Shown here one piece after another: positions 52,181 to 64,000 of a stretch of DNA of 64,000 nt. The notes below the pieces were generated by a model. It saw only the letters and a list, made by a program, of their open reading frames with translations. It was not told where the DNA came from and did no database searches. The stretch lies in assembly GCA_028023455.1 (NCBI GenBank), contig JAQFVV010000006.1, forward strand, positions 20,646,001 through 20,710,000. The letters are read 5' to 3'. Source of the DNA: Epiperipatus broadwayi. Taxonomy: Eukaryota; Animalia; Onychophora. Numbering within the stretch: position 1 is the stretch's first letter; every line of letters begins with the position of its first letter. A program made the position numbers and the translations under genes.

Positions 52181-55100
52181 ATGTTTATTGTTTAATTGTA
52201 AATAAACATGGATGAGTTGCTCACCGATTTATGCTGACTTTATTGGATTTTACTTCTATGATGGGAACAAAAAACCAGTATAGCTTTTTTAGAAGTTTAA
52301 TAGAAAAATTAATAATGACAATATTAGGCAAAAATTGAATTTTCTTGAAAACAGAACTAATGTAGGTATTTGTGTAAGAAGTGATTAATTGCTTTTTACT
52401 TAATATAGATTAAAAACAATTATGATTCTCTTTCCTAAGACAGTATAAAATCTTCAGTTAAAACAGTAAAAAACTAATGATTGCAAGCAGATCATCTGAA
52501 TAATTTAAAATTTTAGGCCATTCAGTATTGAACTTATATTTGCCACATGGCTTTCAGGTTTTTTTTCTCACTTGTGACCCCTGTATTGTGAGTCAAATAT
52601 ATATTTCCATTTTATAATAAATATATCATTACATCTAACCAATCCAAATTATCTAGTGACTTTTTATTATCTACCTAATAGTAGCAACACAACGTATCAC
52701 TAACCAATACTAGTTAACTAGTTAAGTTGGCTTTAGTCTAAGCATCCTTGTGATCTAAAATAATTTTCAGGGTTGGCCCAGCTGAGTTCAAATCTGAAAG
52801 TCTTTGTCTAGGAGAAAAGAATGCTACCTACTATGACATGATAATCATCTGATATTGCATGCTTCTTTCAACTAAAGAATGCATGAAATAGAAGACCTGC
52901 ATGAGATGAATAAACTGGGAAACCAATGTACGCCTCTGAGATCTTAGAAAGAAATGAAATAATTGATTTCAAAACTAAATTTATATTTTATATAAAAATA
53001 CATTTTTAATAATTGACATGTATGTTTATTTAGTATTTAAAAATTGAATATATCAAGTGTAGTTTTAAAATAATCATGATTACTAATCATATATTATATT
53101 TAAGTACTCAATACTATGAACAAAATCTTATAATATGACTAAGCATTGTGAGAATATAAATAACAAAAAAATGCTTAATTGTTAAATACAATTGCACTTC
53201 AAATAATAATATGTATAACTATTTACACACTGTAGTATTAATCATTTATCAAACATATATTGAATTATTTCAATTATTTAGTTCAACTGTTAAATGTTTA
53301 TAGAAAAATTCAAATTTTATACTTTTCCAAATACATTCAACTATTACTAATAGCATATAGATTAGTACATAACAGTATGGTATTGTTTTTTCTTTAGTTG
53401 TTACTAGTTAAACCAATGAACTACAATTGTATTGAATCAGTGACTATTAGTTATACTAAATTTAAAAAGATATTCTAATTAACTGAACTATTCTATCAAA
53501 GGCGACAATTAGTAGAAATTTTATACATCTGTATTTGAAAATGTTTTTGATTTCTTCATTTTTATCTTAAAGACAAGATTAAAAAATGATTTCCAAATAT
53601 TATAGACTATTCCACTAGATTTATTTGGGGAGATTTTGCTATTATGATGTGAGTAGCTTTGAATTTTTTGTTACTTTTTCTTTTTTGTTTTATATTCTTG
53701 TGTTTTCATGAATAAACATACTTTCATTGATACATATATGGTCTACTACTTTAGAAAACATCAGTTTTTTTCTCTAATAATTACTTGCAACGTTATATTT
53801 TATATTAATCTAGGTTTTATTATTAGCAGCTGAATCAAATTGAAAAAATATAAATAAAATTAGAATTTTTCAAAAAACACTCAAGAATACAACTAGATAA
53901 TAGAAAAAGTTCAACAATTAACAACACATAATATACATGAGTATTAAACTTCAAATGAATTGATATTATTACTTACAAATAAAATGAAGTAATTTTTAGT
54001 TTTGGAAAGATAAGTGTCATACTCCTATAAATAATGAGCCCATGGTTATTACCATGGAAATAGATACTATATTCTCTTTTTTATAGATGGAATATTAAAC
54101 CTATAATTAAAAGGCACATTTTAAAAGAATTGGGCATAAATTGAAGCAGAATAACCCTAACAGACTTCTTTAAAAATATATACAATGATATAGTTGAATA
54201 TGATTTACTTGAGAAAAGTTAATCCATTTACATGAAAAATATTATCTTAAAACCACTCTAAAAAGTACAAGTCCATTGCTTTCGTTGGATTAATATGGAT
54301 GAAGATAGAATTAGATAAGCTATTGAAATTATTTTAAAAAGAAAAAATTACTGCTGAAGAGGTTGAATGATATTATTTCTGGATATCAAATAAATGAACT
54401 TAATAAATGATGATGTAATATATTTAGGAATGTCTATGATTTATGAATTTGTTTGTACAGCTTGCAAAACTCATTTCTGAAGATCTTCTCGTTCTTTTCC
54501 ATTTTGCTTTCATTTTACTACAATTAGGATGGTCATACAAATTTCTAGTGTCTGTTATTAATTAAATGAATACAATTGATTTCATTAATTTTGGCATTTG
54601 TTTTTTTTAAGTAATAAAATGGTTAAGTTAATTTAAATAAAACTTTAATGATATATATTAATTGCTTACGTAGTTGTGAGAGGGTTATGTCTCAATCTAG
54701 GAACTTTTTATTCAATCAAGCATATATAAATAAAATTATTTACCATATAATTAATTTTGAAATTACAATAGAAAAATAAAGTTTTTATTTGTATGTGGAT
54801 GTGTGCTATCTCTAAATTTTACTAAAAAAAAATTGTAATATTTTAATAGAAATTTTTAAATAAGTGTTTATATTTTTTTTAATTGCAAAAAATAATAATT
54901 AAAAATCAATAAATTTTAAGATTCTGTAAACATTTTTTAACTGCTAATCAATTTTACAAATTATAAAAATAAATTTATTCTATTTTAATAAATGACTTTA
55001 AAATAAAATTTAATTACTCAAAAATTAAATTAAAATAATAGTAATTCATTATTTGATATTTATATTTTAAAATACGCAGACTTGGCAGAAAATCAAATCA

Positions 55101-58100
55101 GCTTAATAAAAAAAGCTGCAATACGATTTAATTTATTTTTTTATATTAAAAAAATATAATAATAATAATAAAAATCAACATTACATTCTGAGAGTTTTTA
55201 CATTTTAAAAAGATTAAATTTATTTATTTATTTATTTATTTTTTAGCAATAAAATAAATATAATTTGCAAAGATTTTCCACTACTATTTTTTACTTTTCT
55301 AACCCTCCTGCTATCACTTCGCTTTATTTTAATTTGTAAAATCTAATTAAATCTAAATTACCGCTATGGATTTTGCCATTAGTTAAATAAATCTAAATTT
55401 CCAACATATTCAGTAACCATTTTGATTGTCAAAACATTTAATAGATGGGTTTTAAATATGCCAAAAAAAAAATTAAATGTTAATTCAAACTTCAATTTTT
55501 TTTTTATTTTGCAAATGTTTGCAGGAATTTGAAACATTTAAATCATATTTATATCAAACAATATTACATAACATTCTGAAAATATATAAAAATAGCTTAG
55601 TTTCAGATCTATATAACTAAGTAAGGGAGTTAGTATGGGTTTAAAACTTTAGAATTTTTTTAATTTCGAGCTATTAGCTTTAATAATATAAAGATATAAA
55701 ACCACTTCTAGGTCCTTAAGGACAATGAACCCTAATCATCACTGATGAAGACAAAACCCAAAATCATTGCCTGTAGTAGATGTATTTAGATAAAAATGAA
55801 AAGAACTGTTTTAGTATATTTTATATAGATAGGTTACTACTTATGACAAGTCAAAATTCTGTCACAATTTTTCAAAAGATTTTTGTATGAGATGAAAAAT
55901 AAAATCTTTGTTGTTATTATGATTAAGATGTTTTTTAATAATTATATTTTCTGTACAGAAAATTTTTTATATAGTGAATAATTATTTATAATATTTTATT
56001 TCTAATAGCATTTAAAGTAATTAGCAATTTTATAATTAGTAAAGTTAATTCTACCTGCTAATGAATCAAAGAAAAATACTGCTTTTTCTTTGATTAATAA
56101 AATAAAGAAGCAAAATTTATTCATCTTTAAATATATAAAATAAACATAATTTGCCTCTCTTATTTATGCTATTAACCAACCCATTTACTTAAGCAATGGA
56201 TCCATGTCTGAGAAATCTATATATTAAATTTGCATTTTTGTCTCTACTGAGAAATTTTGTTACCATTTTTTTTTACAGCTTTAAAATTCGTGTGTATATT
56301 TTTTCTAATATTTTAATTTCAAAAAAATTCAAAAGACATCAGATAATCAAATAAGTGGTAATTTCAAAGTATCTGAAACCACACATTGATGCCTAGTTAT
56401 TATATATTAGGCATTCTCAAAATTTGTGAGATTATTTTGAGAAAATATTATGATAGTCTAAAAACTTGATTTTTTGGAAAATTTATGATTGTTTTTGTAT
56501 CATAATTGTGTAATAATTATTAGAAAACAAAAAAATATATTATTACATTTTTATTTTTTCAGAAATGTTTTATTTTAAATATAAAAGAATATATTCTACT
56601 GTGTGACATTATCATAGAGATTAAATTTGTGAAAAATACAATTATTTGGGAATGATGTCACTCAACAATCAGTTATAACATTTATCAATATTGTTAAATT
56701 ACCTTTAAAACATAAATTGATAGATATACTAGATAGTAAAAGTAATTTATTCAGATTTTTAAAACAAATATCAAACAAAGAAGATTTCGTTCATTTTATA
56801 AATTGAATTTTCTCCATCTGAAATTTGATGACATGGTAGCACTTTGTTTTGATTAAAATCTAAATTTTGAAATAATTCCAATGTGATTTTTTTTAAATTT
56901 ATTTAATTTCTAAACAGAAATATATATTAAATGAAACCACATTTATTATATTCTAATAAATATTAATAGTTTGTTATTAAAGTGAAAGTGGAAGACTTAA
57001 ATCTAATAAGAACAAAGAAACCTGTCAGAGTAGAGGAGGGTTAATCTATTTATGGATGATTCACCATAGTTAAGTTTAGACTTAAAATATTAGTTTGATT
57101 TTTCTTATGTACAGTCTTTAGTTTGATTAGGATTTATAATAAAATTAAATTATTTTAATAACAATTAATATTTTTAAAATCTATAAAGTATTTATAGTGA
57201 AAAATTAAAAAAATATGTATATGAGCCACATGTATTGTTTTTATCTTCCTACATAAGGTTTTTTTAAATTTTTAGAAAATATTAGTGCATATAAAAATTA
57301 GGTATATTTTAGATGGCTTTCTCATTAACAGTACCTCAACTTTATAGGACTTCTTAAGCATAAACCATTTGATGATATTTTAACCATTTAATTTCAAATC
57401 AGCAGGTTTAGGCAAAATATATTGGTGTTTTACAACTTATGTAATTCTAAATGATTACTGAAGATGAGAAAATATCCGTAATGTGTAGTTTTATAGTTGG
57501 TATTGGTATTAAATAAATAATTATCAATTTATTGATTAGGGCTTCAAATAGTTTGAGTGCCAGAAGTTGAGCTATAATCCATGATCATGAACTGTTGAAT
57601 TTGCCATTAATCATCATATTAAATCATGCAAAGCAAATTAAATTAGCATAATAATTAAATAAGCTATAACTCATTAACAAATGTGAATTCAAATAATTCT
57701 AATCTATGGAAAAAGCTAATGCTTAAACTTCAGAAGATATTACTACTTTAAGATATGAAGTGAGCCAAAAAAATTAATGTTATGTTTTTAGATGTTATTC
57801 TATAAATTACGTAGCATATTATCATATATGTAAATATCATCAGCAATTATAATAAAATGGTTTGACTTAATTAATAATTTATTTTGTACTTGTAATAGTT
57901 TTATTTTAATTAAGCAGACCTGCATACTCACAATATATTATTACTTTTATTGGAAAAACATAATATTCAAGCTGTAGTATTTATACATGTAAAACTTTTA
58001 TTTTAAGAATTCACTTATTGGTTATATTTTTAGCAATTTCTTTTATAAAAAGTAGAACATTTTATTATTTTATTTTTAACCCAAGATATAAATTAATAAA

Positions 58101-58329
58101 TAATCTGTTTTAAATATTAGTTTAATAATAACTTTAATATAACATAATTTGATTTGTATTTAGACAATTTTTACATACATATGCATATACACATATATTA
58201 ACCAATACAGACATATATATATATGGCCAAATTTTTCCTTGAACGATACATTTATTTTTATAATAATTTTACTTTCTGAAAAATAAAATTTAAAATAATT
58301 TATTGAGTTTATAATTCAATTCAATATAA

Positions 58330-61300
58330 TGTAGGTGGAGCTGCTTCTAGAAAGAAAATCACTTGCTTCACAGCTTTCTTAAAAAGACTTTAAAAGTCAG
58401 TTTTGCTGCAATCGAAGGTATTCCTTATATGTACTGTCCCTTTAAAGAATATTATTTGCTGTTTGTGTGCCTTTTCATTCACAACTATCAGTTTTTAGTG
58501 TATTTTTATCATTATTTCACTGTATCTACCATCTGCTCATCTACAATAGACAACCAGATTCTTCTACCTGATTGATGGGTAGTTTCACTGTTTTAAGAAT
58601 CATAGAGGGTTTATTCCCTCTTAGACTCTTAAATTCATTTCCTACTCCAGTTCTTTTATCACTCAAAACATTTTTATCAAATTTTTTATGTGTTGTTCCA
58701 ATTATTTAGATCATTAAAAGTGATCTTCTTTTTTTACACCCTCTCCTCTGGGGTAGTAAACTGCCTAAAATTCTGATTAATTTTTGCATTAGCCAACTAA
58801 AATTTACATTAACATTCTCTCCAGTGTGGATTTGCTTTGTTTTTTAAAATCAAATTCTTTAGTTTTCCACTTTAAAATTTTTTTTCTTTATATAATTCTT
58901 AACTCTTCCAAACAATTTAAAGATGGCCACCACCCCTAGCGACAAAAATGTGCAAAAACATAATTCACAACAAAAACCTTTAAAACTTCCAAAAGTGTTA
59001 CCTAAATTAAAGTTCAAAGAAAACTCAATTAAAGACACCATCAGCACAGAACCTAATTCAAGATCTCCATCTCCAGACTTTCTGAATTTTCCTTCCCAGA
59101 GGAGGCTTGCCCCATCAAAGGCAAAAAGCAATCCCAAAAAAGTAATCTGATTAATCATAATGTTGCTCCAAGAAAAACTGGAAATATTAAAAAATTCCTC
59201 AACTATGATTGGAAAAAATCAGCCTGCTACCCTTAAGTTTAATGCAGAAACCTCAGCCAACTCTGAATCTTCTAAAAATCTAACACACAATAATTACTCC
59301 AAAGATGATGCTACTCATGATTCCCCTATCTTAATCTACCAGTGTAACCAAGTCTGCCAACCTTACTCCCACTAATATCAATCACACTATAGAGCCATCC
59401 CTTATTAAAAATTCCTTCCATAGATAGCTTCCTAAAATGACAGCATCTTCGCTAATTTCTATGCTCAGTATAACCACATCACAAACATGCCAAGCTGAGC
59501 TCCTTCAAAATCTGTGGGGTCTTGATGAGGACAATCCTAACAATCATGATTCAGCCATCTCAGTAACTTACCTTCTTACTAAACAACTCACACCAGAGAA
59601 TCACACGGTGATCTCAGAACAATTTAACCACACAGTTCCACTGCTTTTCCTCAAGTCACTTCGTTGCTACCAGAGTGACAGTTCTGTCATTCTGGCAGTT
59701 ACAGATTTACAATGCAAACCACAAATTTCCAATACAGCAGCTCTATAAACTTATCAAACTCCACAATCTAACTGATAATATACATAAAATCCTCACTGTT
59801 CGTAATGACTGATACATGGCAGAAGAGTTTCACAACACAATACAAAGACAAGCCTTCAAAAACAGATTCAAATTTTTACACAATATGTTCCTGGTTGCAA
59901 TAGATACCAATAGACCATCCATACTTAAGAGGTTTATCAAAAACTGTCACATAGGGATGGAGAGGCAGCACCTACAGAAAAATTTTGATGCATTCAGACA
60001 AGTTACCTCATTTGAGTACCTTAGGGATTCTCTCACCAATGGTCTCACCTTTACCAACACAGCCTCATTTCAATTCATCTGTAAAAAAGGTCTCTCTTCT
60101 GAAAGTATTCCCACAACAATAGCAGCTGATCTATCATCTTTGATCATCTCAATTAAGGGGATCAGGACACAATGTTTCACCTGCAAAGACTGTAACCACC
60201 TCATTGGGGACTGTCCTGAAATGCAACTCTTGCCAGAAAGAAGGGCCTAAACCATATCTGTGCTCTGCATAGCTCCAATAGACATGAACTTCCTCCTTCA
60301 GCTAACCTCTAACATCCATCTGATACCAATTCAACCTTTCAGCATTCAGCCACTATCTTACCTTTTAGTAAAACTCCAGCTTCCTCTAGGCCACATAATT
60401 TTGAATTCACTCACAGCCCACCACTCTCAATTACAGCTCTCTCACAGGTCCCTCTTTCCTTGATGGACACAAACTCAGAAATCATCCTGCCTGAGTCTAC
60501 CAACTCTGGTCCTTCCACCACAAACAACAAACATCAAAAGCATTCATGCCCTAACCAATCTGATAGTGACACCAACCTGATGGGCAGATTTCCATCATTG
60601 ACCTTCCCAGTGACACCATAATGAATCCTCTTCTGGAACCCAGGGTAAGTCTCAGACACAGACATACAGAGAACAGACATACAGAATGTAAAAGGAAAAA
60701 AAAGAATTCTTTCAGCAAAGAATTCTCTGGTTTCAACCTAGGCCTCATCGACCTTCTCCCTTTGCACTCTCTCACCTTCCTCTGCTGAATTTTTTTTGGA
60801 CAGTGGTTCATCAAGTGACATCAAAAATGAATCATTGTGCAATTCTGGCAGGAAAACAAAAAACTGTAATCACATCTCCCAGCCCAGTTCATCCTCACTC
60901 ACCTTGAAAATTTCCGAATTCCTACTGTTCCTCCATCATATGCTTATCTCTGTTGGTTTAAACATTTGGGACCTTAATTCAATCCATAGGCTCCTTGCTT
61001 TCAAATGTTGGTTTGAACTCATCTCTCCCAACATCCTCTTCCTTGCTGAAACTAAAATCTCCACTCACTTCAACTACAGGATTTACTCCACTTTGTCCAC
61101 CTTTGGTCTATTCAAGTATTCTACTGCCTTGACTTCTGCTGGAGGAGTCGCCATTTCTCATTAATAAATGTGTCCCTCCCTTTACTTTTTCCATCATACA
61201 TATTGCTGCTCACTCTATTATCATGGAGGTGCAATTTGGGCACTTCAGAAGTTTTGTGATTATTTATATCTGCCATCCAATGACAGTGACACCCTCATTA

Positions 61301-64000
61301 AATATATTATTCACTGAATCAACAACATCACAGCTACCACCTCTTTTCCCATTCTTTTGGATGACTTCAATATGGGCTACTAGTCATTCACAAACAAATA
61401 TCTACATTTCTATTCCAGGGGCTTAATATATGACCAGGGCTTTTTCCCAGACTACGCCTACTCTTTCTACACCCATAAGCATCAGACCCTCATTGATTTA
61501 ACATTCTACTCTCCTGATCTTCAGTTCATGATTGAATTGGCCCAATTCCACACCATACCTTTTTCAGATCACAAGACATTACACCTTTCTTTTGACATTA
61601 ACACTGGCTCTCCAGTAAACTTTGCCCTCAGAAGAACAATACAATTCCTCAACAAACAAAATACACCAATAGCATTTCTTTTAGAAATTTATATATGCCT
61701 TCATAAAATAAATATCATTCAAATGGAGCTCTCTGTGTGGTTTGCATTTGTGGAAACCCTGTAAGCTTTTATCCACAAGTACACCTGGAATACCCAAGGG
61801 CCACTCTGGCTTCCATGGACAAAATTTCAGAGCAACTAATGATCAGTGAGAGTGGGCAATTAGATATTAGCACCATCATCCAACTGAAACTTCAATACCA
61901 TGATGCTCAAAAGGCCTTGGCCAAGTACATCTCAGTCAAATGCATCCAGAGGTACATGGGGAATCAGCATTGTTAGACCAGAAGTTACCTGGGGAGGGCT
62001 CTTGATTCCCACAGGAAGCAAACCACCCCTTCATCCATCACAGTCAGCAACAAATCCTACATAGGTCATGAATTGCTCCTTCATTTGAGAAACCATTACA
62101 ATCACATGCTTCTCAAAGCTGACATTCCTCCTTTCACTGTGCCATCAACCTTGAATGTCAACTCTGATCCTGGCATCACCCAGGCAATGCTACATAACAA
62201 ACTGAAAAGCTTTCCTCACCATGTTTACCTTGGTTCTCATGCTATCCCCAAGTTTATCCTTCTCTACCTAAGTCAGTTCACCATCCCCATTTACTTTCAA
62301 CATGATCAACAAGTTGGCCTCAGGTGCTTTCATCATCGAAGGTCTCTATTCAGTAATGTTAGTCCCTTTCCTTAAGAAAGATCGGCCACCTACTGAGCTC
62401 AAGAGTCTTAGGATCATTTTGATGACCCCTCTGCTCATAAAACTTATAGAGTCTACCATCAAAGAGTCACTAGAACAATTCATATTTCCTGGGATTTCTG
62501 CCTCACAGTTTGCTTGTAAGGGGTGCTCCACTCTTGGGGCTACCACACCTCTTTAAGATGGTCACCAAGCAGGTTAGGGAGTCTTCAAATAGCAGGCCCA
62601 TCACTGTCCAACTAGATATCCAGGTAGCCTTTGACTCTGTTAGGGTTGACCTGCTCCTTGGTGTCTTCAGGGACCTGAACATTCCAGAGGCTGTTGTGTC
62701 CATCCCACACAATCTCCTGTCCAACAGACAAATCCTAGTTACCCTGGATGGGAAAGTTGCCCCTGGATTCACACCTAACATATCCATCCCTCAGGGCTCT
62801 CCACTGAGCACTTTGTTGTTCCACATTTCTGAATCCCCTCTTGGTCAGGCTGAAACATGACCTCCCTGGCATCCTCATTCCTGCTCTGGGCAAAAGCATC
62901 AAATGCCTTGCTTATGTTGATGAATGTTGTCTTCCTTCTCTCAGTTGATCTCCTTACCTGGTACACCAAAACACACAGGCTGGAATTTAGCAGTGATAAA
63001 TCAGCAGCCTGGCAACTATCAACTGGTAAATAAATCCCTTTTACCTTCAATGCCAAACCCCACAACTTTCTTGGATTCCCCCTTATGCTGTTTCCTAAGG
63101 ATATGATGATATGGGTCCAAACTACACTGTATCAAAGCATATTATCCACTCTCAATGCTATCACAGGCATCTACCTCTCCCTTTATTGGAAAGTCACCAT
63201 CCTCAATCTTCTAGTGTTTCCTAAAATAGCATATTACCTCCCCATTGTTCTACCTACACATTCCTTTATATCCAAAATCAATTCCCTTTGCACCCATTTT
63301 CTCTGGGGAAGAAAGGTGGTGGCCATCAGCCTGAAAAAAACTTGGGTTTTTCTAAAAACCTCAATGGGCTGGGCCTGCACTCCATTGACCCTCTTCTGAT
63401 CCAGAGATACATTATCCTCACACACTCCTAAGTCACTTTCCTTCCAACCTTGTGCATATCATTATCACACCCACTGACACTCCTCCCAGTGGTAGGCCCA
63501 GGTCATGGACCTCACTCATTGCCAACATCCTTCAAAAGGCTGGCTTTGTTATACCCACCATCAGTGGCAAACTAAAGTACTGGGATGTTTTCAATCAGAC
63601 TGCAGACTTCTCCATTGTGTCCACTACATTCCTCAAACTTACCAATGCTCAATCAATCCACAAATTCAAAAGGTGGTCCCTTGAGGCAAAATTTCTCGAT
63701 TTCCTCCTCAAAATCAATCTTCACTCTCTTTCCAGAAATCAGATTTTGGTCAATTATAGGGGTTTCACCAAGATCTCTCCCATATGCCAGCTCTGTAAAA
63801 CTGACTATGAAACCCTCCAGCACTTCCTACTTAAATGTCTCTTTCTGCTTGGAGTGAGACATGTCATCAACTCCTGCCTTTCCTTGCACAGGAATACCAT
63901 CTTCAACCTCCAAGAATCCATAGAAACAGGGGACTTTGCAACTATTAGATTATCAGTTTTTCTCATCTATGCACTCCGGTTGTTCTGATGTGCCATTATT
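58330..64000 (+). mobile_element. Degenerate L1/Tx1-clade LINE (CCHC ORF1; APE-RT-zinc ORF2), running to the window end
   Basis: ORF1 knuckle CFTCKDCNHLIGDC (60173-60214). APE motifs LNIWDLN..ILFLAETK, LDDFN, SDH. RT motifs LDIQVAFDSV, PQGSPLSTLLF, AYVDE. The L1/Tx1-type post-RT segment KVTILNLLVFPKIAYY..HFLWG is present, plus CQLCKTDYETLQHFLLKC. The 5' boundary is approximate. Confidence 0.88.

Noticed and set aside
55735-55785. CTGATGAAGAC hammerhead-like start
   Set aside because: There is no GAAA, and no pairing stem II or stem I.

Overview
AT-rich eukaryotic (probably invertebrate) non-coding DNA made largely of decayed mobile elements. I could not confidently identify any intact host protein-coding gene; the ORF track is TE fragments, microsatellite read-through and noise. 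Recognisable content: (1) a degenerate LINE with a PHD + SGNH-esterase ORF1 and APE-RT-CCHC ORF2 (18.0-22.6 kb, +), with a 5'-truncated sister copy (50.5-52.2 kb, -); (2) a degenerate L1/Tx1-clade LINE running to the window end (58.3-64.0 kb, +); (3) two RTE lineages, one BovB-like and one RTE-1-like with five pieces; (4) a probable Ty3/gypsy protease relic and possible hAT relics; (5) a four-copy SINE derived from tRNA-Gly(TCC), with A-tails and A-rich target-site duplications, plus a second tRNA-headed SINE; (6) about 11 long inverted repeats, including a three-member MITE family; (7) microsatellites and a 71-bp minisatellite. The most notable signal is a set of minimal type I hammerhead ribozyme (HHR) motifs. 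The best is a retrozyme-like tandem/inverted array at 35.9-36.5 kb whose ~218-nt HHR-to-HHR unit can fold into a nested rod. A separate three-copy HHR repeat lies at 13.0-14.8 kb, and there are relics at 38.75 and 44.1 kb. TEs are strongly CpG-depleted while several AT-rich patches keep their CpGs. All alignments, folds and counts were done by eye; no searches were run.
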